Of a stretch of 64,000 bases of DNA, positions 23,062-37,099 are shown one piece after another; position 1 is the first letter of the stretch; each line of letters opens with the position of its first letter. Source of the stretch: Eledone cirrhosa. Lineage: Eukaryota. The translations under genes and the position numbers were made by a program. The notes beneath the pieces are model-generated. The model was not told where the DNA came from, searched no databases, and saw only the letters and a list, made by a program, of their open reading frames with translations. The DNA lies in NCBI GenBank assembly GCA_964016885.1, contig OZ024742.1, forward strand, positions 212,102,001 through 212,166,000. Direction: 5' to 3'.

Positions 23062-23653
23062 GATAGCTTCCGATACCTAGGAGATCAGATGAGGGTGCTC
23101 CGAGGCCATAGTATCTAGAATAAGGGCAGGATGGAGGAGTTAAAGGAGCTGCTTCTTCTGTTGACAAAGGGTTTCTCCCTGCGTATGAAAGGCCGGTTAT
23201 ATGATGCCTGTGTGATATGTGTGATGCTGCATGGTAGTGAGACATGGGCAGCAATTGCAGAGGATATGCGATGGCTGGAGAGAAATGAAGCAAGCATGCT
23301 CCATTGGATGTGCAATGTCAATGTGCGTGAACGACCAAGCATAGATGACTTGAGAGTGAAACTGTATAAGAGAGATAAAGTAGTGTGCAAGATAGAAGAC
23401 TGCGTTCGTATGGCCATGTGATGCGCATGGAAGATGACGCGGCTGGGTGAAGAAGTGTCAAGAAATCCCGGTGGAAGGAAGACGCACTAGAGGATGACCA
23501 CGAAAAACATGGGTGGAGATGGTGAGAGCTGACCTAAGATCGCTGAAGTTCACAGAGGAGACGACGAAGGACCGCGATGAATGAAGAGATGCTGTGCTGA
23601 AAAGGACCCGTCCTACCCTTGCAAGCAAGGAAAAGCGGACATATGATGATGAT
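23062..23653 (+). mobile_element. Degraded RTE-clade LINE 3' fragment
   Basis: Peptides FRYLG and KGRLYDACV..MLHGSETW with frameshifts; ends cccttgcaagcaaggaaaagcggacat(atg)n. Confidence 0.85.
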
Positions 23654-24477
23654 ATATATTAGAAAATTAAGAAAAAAAGTAGAAAATGCTAATCGGATTT
23701 TCTCATAGAATAACAGTAAAACCTTTTTTTAAAAGTAATTCATCGTGCCAGTTTCAGCCAATAATTATTCCGGCTTCTTCATGCTATAGGATATATGATA
23801 AAAGGTATATAATAAAATTAAGGTGTATACTAATCAGAAGAGGGTATTAGAGAACATAGTTTGATGATGATGATGAGTTTACACATATAAAAGTTCACAT
23901 TTTCGGTTATCTCTTTCTCTTCTCCTTGGTGGTATTAGCAGCTAAAACAGAAGTTGGCTTGTTCCCTGTTACTGTCTGTTGACTACAATTGCAGCAGCAG
24001 TAGTAGTAGAGTAAAAAGGAGGAGTGGTAGTAATGAGAGAGAGAGAGAGTAAATGTTTTTAGATAGTACCCACATTTCTTCTAATGAAGAATTCACTAAC
24101 CATTATTCTGTTGAATTTGACAAATGTTTCCTCTACATTGAATAAATGAAAAATCAACCAGCATTAAGAAGACTAAAATTCTAAACTATAAAATCAATAG
24201 TTCGACACATGCAACACTCCATAGATCAACTCTACTTACAAATATATAGAATTTTCAGACACCAAAATAGAAAATTAACAGATTCTAAATGAATGGTTTA
24301 TAAATCAACATGGCTCTTATTAGTAACACTATGCTCAAACTTTATCTGATATTTCATTTCATTCCAACAAAAGAATTAAGAATGTGTCTACACATAGGTA
24401 TGCAAACATAAACACATATACACACACACACAGTGGAAGCTTTATATATGGATAAAACCTTTAGAGGCCACATCATA

Positions 24478-24852
24478 ATGGTTTCTGATTTAGGCACAAG
24501 GCCAACAATGTTGTGGGAGGGAAAAGCCTATTAAATTCACCCCAGTGCATTACTGGTACTTTATTTTATCGACCTCAAAAAGATGAAAGCAAAGCCAACT
24601 GCAGTGGGATTTGAAATCAGAACATTAAGGGCTGTAACCTGTGCTACACAGCATGGTGTCAGATGCTCTACTGATTCTCCCAATCCATCGCCCTTGAGAG
24701 CCATATCAATGGTTTCTGATTTAAGTACAAGGCCAACAATTTTTGGGGAGAGGAAAGCCGTTTTAATCAATTCCACTGTGTTACTGGTACTTTATTTTAT
24801 CAACCCTGTAGGGATGAAAGGCAGTGCTGACCTTGGCAGGATTTGAACTCAG
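24478..24852 (-). mobile_element. Two tandem copies of the abundant SINE family carrying the core gcctttcatcc...ggggtcgataaaataaagtaccag
   Basis: Reverse complement of the core motif seen at more than 10 loci in this window. The central domain resembles the Meta/Sauria-type SINE domain (recall, not searched). Confidence 0.75.
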
Positions 24853-24856
24853 ATTT

Positions 24857-25412
24857 GAGGCCATAGTATCTAGAATAAGGACGGGTTGGGAGAAGTTGAG
24901 GAAGCTGCTTCCTCTGCTGACAAAGAAGGGTTTCTCCCTACGAATGAAAGGCCGGTTATATGATGCCTGAGTGAGATGCGCAATGCTGCATGGTAACGAG
25001 ACATGGGCAGCAACTGTGAAGGATATGCGACAGCTGGAGAGAAATGAAGCATGCTCCTTTGGATGTGCAATGTCAATGTGCATGAACAGCCAAGTATAGA
25101 CGAGTTGAGAGAGAAACTGTATAAGAGGGATAGGCTGTAGTGTGCAGGAGAGAAGACTGCGTTGGTATGGACATGTGATGCGCATGCAGGATGACCGCTG
25201 AGTAAAGAAGTGTCAAGAAATCTAAGTAGAAGGAAGACACAGTCGAGGAAGACCATGAAAAACATGGGTGGAGGTGGTGAAAGCTGACCTCAGATCGCTG
25301 AAGGTCATGGAGGAGATGACAAAGGACTGTGACAAATGGAGAGATGCTGTACTGAATAGAACCCATCCCACCCTTGCAAGCAGGGAAAAGCGGACATAAA
25401 ATGATGATGATG
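24857..25412 (+). mobile_element. Degraded RTE-clade LINE 3' fragment (same family as 23062-23653)
   Basis: Colinear homology, LRWYGHVMRM-type peptide and the same tail. Confidence 0.85.
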
Positions 25413-25788
25413 TTGATTTGAATATAACAATTTTGAAGTTGAAAGGAAATATTTAATTTACTATGAACTTGAGGAACCTGACTTTTTTAGGAAAGAGTTT
25501 GGACATTAAAAAGTTTTTAGAAAGTATAAAAAGGTAATATACAATATAACTAGTTCAAATATTGCTATAAATTTGTTTAAACTTTTATTTTTATTTTGGT
25601 TTCTGACAATCCAATGTACTTTACTCAATTTTCTCAACTATTATTTCTAGTGATTGAGTATTAGTATAGTCATTTATGTTGGAATGACTACATTTCAAAT
25701 TTACCTAATGCTTCTTAAGTCAACTGGATGTTTACATTTCTAGTTACAGGCTTATAATCTTTGGAAAAACAGAAGGGACACCTTAGAG

Positions 25789-25930
25789 CAGGATTTTCCA
25801 AATTTTTCAAATGCAGAACCTTTTGGGGGAACCCCAAAGTCTAATATGGTCATAATATAAATATACTCCTCTACCTATTTTTCATGGAACCCCAGATACT
25901 CCTTTGTGGAACCCTCTTTGGGAACCACTG
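25789..25930. mobile_element. hAT (Charlie-like) MITE
   Basis: Termini CAGGATTTTCCAAA / TTTGGGAACCACTG with a perfect 8-bp TSD ccttagag (25781-25788, 25931-25938). Confidence 0.85.
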
Positions 25931-26936
25931 CCTTAGAGCAATGGTTATGCACTGACCTGCATCTGATTTATACAGGATTTGATTCTTCATAGGTGCCTCT
26001 TTCCACTTTTTCCTGTCTCCAGGATTATCTTATCCGATTTTCTTTATTATTTATTGTGATCATTTATTATCATAGTCATTTGCATTGGGACAACTACATT
26101 CTAAATTACAGCACTAATTGTATATCTACATCTTAAGAGTTGTAGGCGTTATTTTTATATGGGGTGGATGGGGGAACATAATGTCATCTTTTGTTCTTAG
26201 ATTCCCGATCCTCAGCTAGAGTTGAACTCAATACATTCCTAATGCCAAAGATGAACATAAATAGAAAATGATGTTAGGAATTCAAAAACTCTGTTATTCA
26301 CTTAGAAATGGAGTGGTTTCAGGAAACATTTCAGCTTTTGTTAAAATATAGAATTGTTATATATTTCATAGGTTTACATAAAGACAACTTATTAAAAGCA
26401 TTTTACATATTTTAAACAGCTATAAAAACTGCAGATAAATTCGGAAACAAAAACAAGTATTTTTGCATTCTTCAAACAAAGACTTGTATACAAATCAAAC
26501 ATTTCATAAAACCATATATATATATATATATATATGATTATTCATGTATTTGCATTACATACAAAATTATAATTTTTGATAAACACATTTATCTGTAAAA
26601 CATGTTTTAAATAAAACACTGGTGGCTACTAAAAAAAAATCAGTGCTGATGTCTTTGGGATAGATAGACAGTGAAACTGACACATCTTCCTTGTAATTGT
26701 AAACAATCTGTATAAATAAAATAAGTAATTTTATTTATATTAAAGATTGAAGTGCCATTTAAGACACTTAAATAGTTTGTTTATTTCTAAGTAAATATAT
26801 AATCTGATAAATTATAAACTGAGTTTATCAGCTGCACCAATGAGAATGAAAAAACTACAGTGGTTTGGACATGAAATTAGATGGATGAGACATATAGTGA
26901 ACTGTCCTGTTGGAGAGCCAGGCATTAAATGTTTAT

Positions 26937-27091
26937 TTACTTTTTGTAACCAGCTGTAGTCATTGAAGGATAATTCAGGAAGGGGGATAAAGGATGTTGT
27001 GGCATTAGCTTCTTCTTGGAATCTAAATTAGGTTGTAAGCTGGATTTGTCAAGAGCTTGCCTCATCTTCAAGGCACTTGCCAAATGAGCAT
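26937..27091 (-). CDS. Candidate terminal coding exon of an unidentified host gene (..DAHLASALKMRQALDKSSLQPNLDSKKKLMPQHPLSPFLNYPSMTTAGYKK*)
   Basis: ttttag acceptor at 27093-27092, open phase-1 frame to TAA at 26939-26937, followed by AT-rich 3'UTR-like sequence. No homology recognised. Confidence 0.4.
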
Positions 27092-27914
27092 CTAAAACAT
27101 GTTAATTTATTTTAATTTGTGGCTTGCATTAGAGAGAATCATTGTTCTGTATTTCCCAGTTGTTGTTATTGCATTTTAAGCACAATGAAAGTGGATTATA
27201 ATGAAAGAGTTACCATACATCTATAATCTCTGATAGCTTGTTTCTGATTTAGTGAATTATATACTATTAGATATAAATAACTAGAGCTCACAAATGCTCA
27301 ATTTACATCAACACTAAAATGATGCAGTGAGGTGTTGAGAAAAACAACTGTTTTGTCATGTTATATTATAACCATGTTTCATCATAGTAGACTAAATCAG
27401 TCTTTTTTTTAATCTTTTATCAATGTCCTACAAATAATTCTATTTATTCCTTTCAATCCAACATTAAAAGTATCCTCATTTCATAAAACATTCAGAATTT
27501 ATTCACTAAAAGCTATGGTAATTTACAAATTGTTAAAATACACAGTATGCTAGTCAGAAGAAGCAATTATGTAGCTAAAGATTTTAAAATACAGTTCTCT
27601 ACATTTATTTCTCTCATGAAATTGCTTATTTTGCTAGATCTTAAATTCTAAGTAATATAATTTCTTATTTCGATTGTTTGAATAAATTAATAGGTGAATA
27701 AAAATGTATAATTTTACTTATGATTTATTTAGAATCAAAATTATCTCTGTCTTATTGAAACTTTGAAATATTTGTTACGTAATAGTTTTGGTACCAACCT
27801 GCCTGAAACCAGCCCTGGTTCTATGATACAAAATTACTCATTTTAAATTATATTTAAATTAAAACCAATCATAATTTTATGTACAAATCTTTTGTTATGT
27901 TCTAAACAGAAGTT

Positions 27915-28075
27915 TCGGACATGCTTTCCAGCATAGTTACGTCCCTTTACGATCTGAGTTCAAATCCCGCCGAGGTTAACTTTGCTTTTCATCCTTACGG
28001 GGTCGATAAAATAAAGTACCAGTAATTATACTGGGTAATTGCTGACCTTGTGCCAAAAAGTAGAAACAATTATCA
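27915..28075 (+). mobile_element. SINE copy (gcctttcatcc...ataaagtaccag family)
   Basis: Has gagttcaaatccc (B-box-like) plus the core motif. Confidence 0.75.
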
Positions 28076-29021
28076 TTTAATGTGTTCCCTACTTGAAAGT
28101 ATTGGATGAGTCATCAGACTAAATCAATACTTAATTGGAGCTACTTCACTTCTCAGATGGGCTGGGGCATGCTTCTCACAAATGTTCCCATACTCTACAG
28201 AGTGCACCAGGTGCATTTTATTGTGACACCAGCATTAGCGAAGTTGTCATATCTTTGACACAGCTCAAGAGTCTTCCTGGCCCTTTGTTCCCACATCCAT
28301 GCTGATGCAGGTTATATACTCACTTTCGTATAGAAAATGTAATAAACCCAATTTCACACAGTATTAGACATATAATTTACTTGTATGAAGAGAAAGCCTA
28401 TATAAAGGAAGCAATATCATCTAATAACTAAATCTTGAGATTATATACTTGTGTGTGTATGTGTGTAATAATCAAGTACCTTTCTAAATATAAGGATTAC
28501 ATTACCTTCAAAAGTTAATTGAATTTTAAACTTGATCCTGGTAGGCTGCAAGCTTATCTTTATCAGTAAGCCACATTAAGACAGAGTTCAGTTAGTCTTA
28601 ATAGTTTTTGACTTGTTTTACAAGATTTCAAATATCAATTTAACACCACCTTATACTGAAAAGGCTTTTCATTGTGTATGTATGTGTGAAAAGGTACATG
28701 TGTTTGTGCATGTGTGTGAGTGTTTTAGATTGTAGCCTATTTCTATGACTAACACCCACCCTTCTCAGTTATCAAAATCTCCAACAATATAACTGATATT
28801 AAATAACACCCATATCAGCTAGTAAAACTAAACCATTTATAGTACTTTTTTTAATTCATGGTTTATCACAAATATTGGTTAATAATAATTTGTTGTTATT
28901 GTTACTAAGAATGACAATCTGTAGACTCTATTTACCAACACATTTCTTAACTAGCTACCACCATAATATTTTCTGAAGCCTTTTTGACTAAATTCTGAGT
29001 GTAGCTTATATTATTTTCCAC

Positions 29022-29275
29022 ATAGGTGCAGACATGGCTATGTGGTTAAAGAGCTTGCCTTAGGTTCACTCCTATTACATGGCACTTTAGATTGATCAAT
29101 GCCTTGTAAGTGGAATCTGGTAGATGGAAACTGCAGAAGCTAATTGTATATATGTCTGTGTTTACATTTATGTCTGTATCTATGTCCTATAACTTAGCAG
29201 TTCAACAAAAAGGAGATTAATAAAAAAAAAGTACCAGACTTTAAAAAATAAGTACTGGGTTCAATATGATCAATT
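29022..29275 (+). mobile_element. Degraded tRNA-headed SINE (second family; another copy at ~41532-41810)
   Basis: ggtgcagacatggctatgtggttaaagagcttg head is shared with 41532. Confidence 0.5.
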
Positions 29276-32200
29276 AATATAACAGGACTGTAACAGTAAT
29301 TTCTATTTCAGTGAACAGTTTTGATGTAGACTGTATCACTTAAGTTACAATAGAGGAAGAAAACAAAGAACTACAGCTGTTCAGTTTCATTTTTGAACAT
29401 GTCATGCCAAACATACTGTGAGAAAATACTGACAATTAATGAAAGAATGTAAGCTTTGAAATTAGTGGAATAAAGTACCAGTAATGCACTGGGTATTTGC
29501 TGGCCTTATGCCAAAAGTAGAAACAATTATTTAAATAATATAAGCAGTTGTCCCTAGACACCCTCTTAGGATTTGTCCAATGTAATTTGCACATAGAAAG
29601 AAAATGAAAAGTGTGGCCTTATTTTGGTAGTGTCTGTGCATCTAAATATTCATAAGACCTGGAAAGTCAACAAAACAAACCTGTTGAGAGTCAATGTTTC
29701 TGAAATTGCTTCCTGTAACATCAACAAAATCAGCAGCAACAATTTTATCTCTGGACATTGGTCAACAAAATATGAATCTTAAAATCATAACCGTATTTTT
29801 AATGAAAGACACTATTATTTTCAAATACTTTAGAAAATAATCAAGAATTTGGAGATTTAGTAAAATCAATTTTTAATTACTATTAAGTTGGTGTTTGGAG
29901 CATAACTTAGTAAAAAAAAATTATACAAAAGTTACAAAGAAAGCTAAATATAACCACTTTAAAATTTGCATCATAGAAGTAGGCATAGGTTCAGGTAGTT
30001 TTGTATCAAAAGGAATAAGCATGGTAAATGACAGGATTCTAAATTTTTTTTTTTTTATTAGTTTGATCTTAAGGAAGTGACCATGCCCATGGCCTACACA
30101 GGCCCTCCAAGATGCTAAGATTGATACCATTGAACAATTTGAAAATAAACACTTAAAGAAATTTGAGTGTTAATTACTCAACAGGAAGAAAAGGGGTGAA
30201 CAGAGGAGACAATTTGGGATTGTGATAAAATATTGTAAAATCCCCACAATCAAATTTGGAATGACAAAGGGAAGGAATATCTAATTTACAAATAGCTTAG
30301 TTATATTGTATATGATCACAATTTTCCATAAAAAAAAGAAGAAAAAATTCTAAATTAAAACACCATTTATATCTAACTTTTACTGGTTAATGTCATATTT
30401 TGAAATATAAGGAAAGAATTTAAAATAAATATAAAGGCATGATATAATAATGAATAGACATTGTCAGAAAGAGAAGTAAAACTTAGAAATTGTTAACCAG
30501 AAGTAATTGCACAAAAAAGTATGATTAATGATAAATAATGTATTTTTATGACAATTTGTGAACAAACAATAGCACAGTTGGTTATAGGTTTCCAATAGGT
30601 CAGTCATTAGCTCATTGCATCTCCAATGGTGAGAGTAATAAGGGAGAACTTAACTTAATGTAAGCAACTCCGAATGTTAAGTGCCATTCTTTTTGCTATT
30701 GATGAAGTGCCAACATAAATTGATGAACGACACACACACACACACACACATATATATATTTTATATATATATATATATATATAAGTATATACTATGGGCT
30801 TATACATAATCTTCATCTACCTAAATTCCACTCATAAGGTTTGATAAATCTGAAGCAATGGTAGAATCAATTTTCCCAAAATACTATACTGTATGTGAGA
30901 TCAAAAGCTGAATGAAGTGGTTGCAATCTGACTCATTAACACATGACAAGTCTATCATGCCAATACAGAAAAAAAACACTTTATAGTAGCTGACACACCA
31001 AAGTCCTCAGTTAGAGGGGTGAAAAATATATGCTTCCTCCACTGCCACTATAACTATCTTCTCTCTTGGACCAGCAAGCAGTTCAATACCCACCCCTCCA
31101 CCAAAAAAAACCCCCCACTTTCCTCTTATCCCCTATTGTAGCTCATATGAAGTCCCACACTAAATAATTTGCACAATCTTTTCTCCTCAGAATTTCACCC
31201 TGTGGAATTTCTTCTTTACTCGTATTTTTCCCTTACAGCCACAGAATTATAATGGCCTGCAAAGGTTACGGGCTCTGCCCCACCCTCTTTAGCAAGACAA
31301 TAGCAATATAAAATTCCATATAAATAAACATGACCCAACGTATTGATTACAACAGTAATTTATCAATAATTTAAATCTCTTTAGAATGATTGAGTTTGCT
31401 ACTGAGTTATCAACAGTACATGATCTTGATTCTTTAACTACCTTTCAATACAATTCAATCCATATAATTTTTTAAAAAAATTTTAATCCAATTATTGTTA
31501 GAAAATTTTGAATATATTAAAAAAAAAAATTACTTTAGTGCCATTCTCTATTCTAAATTAATCTGGAAATTTCATAACATAAATACCAAGAAACTTCAGT
31601 GATGATAATGCTTAGCTGAAATGTAACATGGAACTGATCCAAATAAATTTGGCATGGTTGAGATTCTTTAACCGGCAAAAGACATATCTAAAATGGCAGA
31701 AAACTGAAACTAGCTGAAAGACCATTTTTGACTGAAAATCAGCTTCAAATAAAGCACATATTGCAAAATCAGAAATTTTTGGTCTATTTTATTAGCACAG
31801 TTGCCTAAGAATTCCTTTCATTTGCCGAGCTTACGTAAATATGTTGCCAATGAAGTAAATATGATAAATTGTATACGATGCTAAAATAACTCAAACCCTT
31901 GCTGGCAGGAAAAGTGGATGATGATGATGATGATGTATATGCCTTCAGTGGAACCCTGGCTTTATCTGTTAACATTTAAGAATTTATACTTATGTTTTTT
32001 CTTTTTTTTTTTTTTCGTGGTTGAGATTGCAAAGATATTGAAAATATAAGAACATAAAAAAAGTATCATTTGAGTTTTGTATATTTTAAGAAGTTTTTGT
32101 GGAAGAGAAAGAAGTAGAATTACAGTGAATTATATGAAGACCAGATAACTGATAGCTAGTAAATAAAGAATCTAAAGGAGATATGTATATAACAGTTAGA

Positions 32201-32298
32201 TGACCTATTGATCTTTTCATTACCATATTTCTAATGGAAGATATTGCCTCTGACTTTCAAATCATTTTGAAAATAATCTAGAATTTGAAATGATTTAA

Positions 32299-32506
32299 CC
32301 CTCTAACACTGAAACCGGACATATTCAGCCAAAATTCTTTCAACTCCTGTTCAAACCAGTTGTAAGTGGCCGCTTATACTGATGTTAAGGTATTGTTCTC
32401 AAAATAAATAACATCAAAATCTCATAGATTTGATATAATTATGTAAGATAAAGCCTTTACCACAAAAATACAATAGTATATATAGAGTAATGTAAATACT
32501 AAAGGG
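32299..32506. mobile_element. Degraded piggyBac-type MITE
   Basis: TTAA|CCCT...AAAGGG|TTTA ends; related to 42147-42349. Confidence 0.55.
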
Positions 32507-35014
32507 TTTATATTATGAGCTTCCTCATTACTAAGCTGGTATTTGCAGCATAACAAAAGTTACATAACAGTATGATGGAAGGTTTTTAGATAAATATAAA
32601 CAAACTACTTTGTATCATAAAACCAGTGATGGTTTCAGAATGTTTGTTATCAAAAGAGCTGATCTTGGAATTACTATAAGTATCAAGAAAAGGCAAGAAT
32701 AAATAAAGGATGGCGGGCGGGGGTAATATCAAGCCCAGTCAAATTATGGACCCAAATCTAATGGTATCAATATTACTTATAAATATATATATACAATATA
32801 CACCACACAGAATATAACAGCTTTTTCTAAATGTCTTCATCTCTAAATGTAAACAAAAATGCTTCCAAAAGGCTATACTCTTTCTTTAGGGATAGAAACC
32901 ACTTCAGTTTTAATCAGCTGCTGACTCTACAAAGCATAATTGCATACCACATATGAGTAGTGCTAATATATTTGGGATGCTACTAATGTTACACCTACAG
33001 ACATTTTGAATTGCCTTTTGACTCACTCAACAAGGCTGCAACCACTTGCACACACTATAACAGGACTTCTCATCTGATCTAGTGAGTTGTATACTACCTC
33101 CATCTAATACCATCTGATTCACCTACATTTAATCTCATACATGCTGTGTTTTATCTGAAAAGCCTTTGACTAAACACTTTGTATGTTTCTTTCTCCTAAA
33201 AACTACAACTATTTGGTAACTTTTCCTTGCCTACATTTTCTCAGTCAGTATCAACTTTCAGAATTAGAAGCTGATCATCAACCATTTGCAAGGGCTCTTT
33301 TTTTCTTTTTACTGTTAACTGAGGGAGAGAAGAGTAGTACCAATGACCCATTTGAGGACCTCCAAGACTGGTAAGAGGGAAGGAGGTTAGGTGTTTTCAA
33401 AATGGAAACCTGGTCCATATGCTTAAGGCACACAAAAAAGCAGAAAGTGGTGTTAAACCGAGACATGGATTAAATCTATCCCAAAAGTAGGTTACAGCAG
33501 GATTTGAACTCAGAACACAAAAAAAAAAAAAATAAATAAAATGAAAATGCTATGAAGTATCTCATTCTATGTTCTAATAATTCTGGCCAACTACTACTGC
33601 CTTGGTACTTCATTTTATCAACTCCAAAAGGATGAAGGGTAAAGTTACACCTAGAGAACAAGAACAAATAGAACAAGGCATTTGTCCCAGAGCAGTGGTT
33701 ATGGGCACTGACTAACCTTTTCAGACTAAATAATTTCTTACATTGAAACAAAGTCACAAACACCTATTTTATTAAGCCTGGCAGGATTTAAACTGAGAAT
33801 GTAAAACAACATTTAAATACAGTAGAAGCATTCAGTCCAGTGCTTTCTACCATTTATATAACTGAACTAAATAGTTATAAAAATGTTGTTGTCTTAGCAA
33901 TGTACATAAGAGTAGCCAGTAGCAAAAATTATAAAGAGATGGATTGTAGCATTTAGTTATGTCCTTTACATTTTTTTGTTCAAATTCTGCTCTGGCAAAG
34001 TTTACCTTTCATTCTTCTGGGGTAGATAAAATACATATCAGTCAAAAACTAAGGGTTGATTTAATTGTCTGTGTCCCTCTCTCAACATTTCTAACCATGT
34101 GTCAATATCAAAAATTATTATTTATGAAAAATAAGTGTTTAGTTTTTAATGAGAAATTCAGATTAATTTTTTTTTAACTGTAAAATTTTATTTGTGTCTA
34201 ATCTCTTGATGTACACACACCATTGTACATACATGTGTATACACAGTGGGATACACTATACAACAGAGCACAAAAGAAGTAACACAATATTATACTAATA
34301 TCTCTGTATTATGAAGCAGAAAAAGAAAAAATATTGACAAGTGAAAACTGTACATTATTGTGTTTAGATGGATACTAAAGGTATTTTTTCTTTGTAAATA
34401 TCATGTAAGCTTTCCTTCATTTTAAAGAGAGCGCAAGTTATTAATGTAGCTAAATTTACAATTTTGTTTTTAATTTAAGAGATTGAGAAGTAGGTGTACA
34501 GATAAATAGGTTTATGAGTAGAGATAACCTGACTGGCTGCTTGATTTTGGTACAAAGTCCAACTTATTTTGATGTGATCCAACACCCACTATCATTGAAA
34601 AGTCATAAAGAGAGAATTAGTTCAAACAGGCAATTTGTTCTGTATGTAATAGAAAGATCAAGGACTAACACCAAGCATTTGTCATGTACACAAGACATCT
34701 ACATAATATTTTGCACTAAATTGAAGTTGGTGGTTAGAATAGTAATAATTTCTTAATTAGATATGAAACCTTTATTAGTATGACAAGTAGAATTAAGTGA
34801 CTTGTTTAAGGAGAGAAAATATGCATAGATCAGAATATCAGAAACTCAAAAGTTATAAGTCTGCAGTTTGATAACAGGTTGGCAAATAAATTAAGACAAA
34901 ATGCTACAAATCTAAGTGAGCAATGTCAGAGTGTAAGATATATGAGGATGTGATGAGGCCTCATAAACATTGTCTATTATATTTATGCATGAAAGACATT
35001 TGTTCTAATATGTA

Positions 35015-35222
35015 CTGCATATACTTGAATATAAACCGATCTGAATATAAGCCGAACCCGACCTATTTTATGTCTGAGAAATGGGCAAAAATCAAAACCC
35101 ATTTATAAGCCGAGGCAGCTAATGAACACATTGTTTCAATAACATATATAAGCCGACACTCCCATTCTACCATTGAGTTTTTGGTTGCATATTCCTTGAC
35201 TTATATTTGAATATATATATGG
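35015..35222. mobile_element. pogo/Tc2-type MITE
   Basis: Degenerate TIRs of the TA|CCGTATATACTCGAATATAAG type with TA flanks. A partial inverted copy lies at 57282-57367. Confidence 0.7.
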
Positions 35223-35870
35223 TAATTTAAATGACTGATGCATGCAAGATGAACAACCTGCAGGTTACTGACCAAAAAAAGCAACATATTGGCAGAATTG
35301 TTAGAGCATTAAACAAAATGCTTTGAAGCATTTGTTCCAGCTCTTTATGTTCTGAGTTCAAATCCTGCCATGACCAACTTTGCTTTTCATCCTTCTATGG
35401 TTGATAAAATAAAATAGCAGTCCAGCATAATAAATTGGCGAAATTGCTAGCGGGCTGAATAAAAAGCTTTGCATTCTTTACATTCTGAATGTCCAGGCAT
35501 GTGGTGAACTTGTTTGTGTCTAGCCAATTAGATGCTAAGTTGTAAGAATGCATGATGGAAGGCAATAGGGAAACTACCATTTTGTATTCTTTCATCAAAA
35601 TTCTATGAAAAGACCAGAATACATGTCTATAAGCTCACTATTTGTGGAGAATGGAAAGTGGGCATCGTCAGAAGTAAATCAAAGAGGAAATGTAGTTAAA
35701 ATCTTACTAAGAAATGTAGATTTTACTGATGAAGCCAGATTTAGATTCAAAGATGCTGTTTTGAAAATCATAGTAGTGTGAAAAAAAGAGAATAAAACAA
35801 TATTGATGATTTTGGCTGAAATAAAAAGTTAACCAATTTAAACAGAAGTTACTTGACTTTTATTCTAATA

Positions 35871-37099
35871 CTAGCTGGCCCGTCCGGCTGGTGCCCAGCT
35901 AGGTATACCGGCATTTTATTTTTTCAATAGTTACAACAATAAAGGCTGAACAGAGAACACATTTTTTAACACAAACTTTACAATAATTTGTACAACCATA
36001 ATGGAAATTCCAAGTAACAGAAAATACATAAATTACATTGTTAGAGCCTCAGAGTATACAATATTTTTTGTTCGGCCCTCGGGAGCAAAGATGAAGAGAT
36101 TGTTTGGTGAGCTCACCCTAGAGCATCCTACATACAATTGACCATGGGAAAAGCATGGTTTTCCCAGATGAAGGCCAGCCACTTTTAGGGTTTGACCCTG
36201 AGCTTTGTTGATGGTAATCGCGAAGGTTAGTCTCTCTGTTGCTCTAGTAACATTTTTTTCTTCTGGAAAATCTGATCTTGCAGCCAGGCTGGGACTTTTT
36301 GGGTGGTAAATCGGCAGTAACAATGACGATAAGCCGTCTGTGCTTTCGTGAAATAAATACGTTTGTTTATATTTTGTTTTTGTGTATGCAAAAATATCTG
36401 TACACGAATATATAATTATATATGTATATATATATTAAAACAACAGATTAAAGTTTAAGGAAAGAATCGCTGCTCTCACCCTTAACGTGAGCTTCTGAAA
36501 CTAAAAAAATCTATCTGTGAACGCAGAAGTAAATATTTCGAAAAACGTTGCAACCAAAGGAAAACAGGAAGATGATACTTTGGTTCATGAAGACGTTCCC
36601 TGGCAATGAACGGAAAAAAGCGAAAATAGGGTTCTTACATATTTGATATATATTTATCCTTATCGAACCCTCTTTGGATTTTAGTCTTCACATTTATTAT
36701 TATTACTAATTATATATATATATAATTATTGAGAGGGCATGCAGTATCTTTGCACTAAATTAATTAAAAGTTGGTTAGAAGCGAAGTCAATGCAGACAGG
36801 CAGCCAGATATTATAAGCGTGCGACCTTATAGCTATGTATCTATCTAAAAAGACAGACTAAGAAAGAGAGAGGAATGTTGTATAACCGGAAGTGTTGACA
36901 TTTGAAAATTTTAAAGAAGTGAATATTTAAATAAGCAATAAAATATCTTTAATCTTTTAACGAAATTTAGAAGACAAAAATACCCTCGCTTTCTTACTTG
37001 GAAAAAGTTACATCTATGGTGCAAATTTGGTGCTTTTTGGTCCAGCCGTTTGGCAAAAAGTTTGTTACATATATATGGCCGTTAGCTTTATAATATAGA
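35871..37099 (-). mobile_element. Non-autonomous Helitron with both termini intact
   Basis: Minus strand begins A|TCTATATTATAAAG and ends in a GC-rich hairpin + CTAG|T. There is no TSD, and it carries an internal PIF1 helicase fragment. Confidence 0.9.
36033..36233 (-). pseudogene. C-terminal fragment of Helitron RepHel PIF1-family helicase
   Basis: RLTFAITINKAQGQTL...FSHGQLYVGCSRV...TKNIVYSEAL are the SF1 helicase motifs V-VI and C-terminus typical of Helitrons. Confidence 0.9.

Noticed and set aside
30599-30629. Plus-strand mini-exon reading SLAHCISN (macrodomain-like motif)
   Set aside because: Too short, with no supporting neighbouring exons; likely chance.
35700-35760. NVDFTDEARF, similar to the first catalytic Asp motif of Tc1 transposases
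   Set aside because: Only ~10 residues and no TIRs found; cannot be supported.
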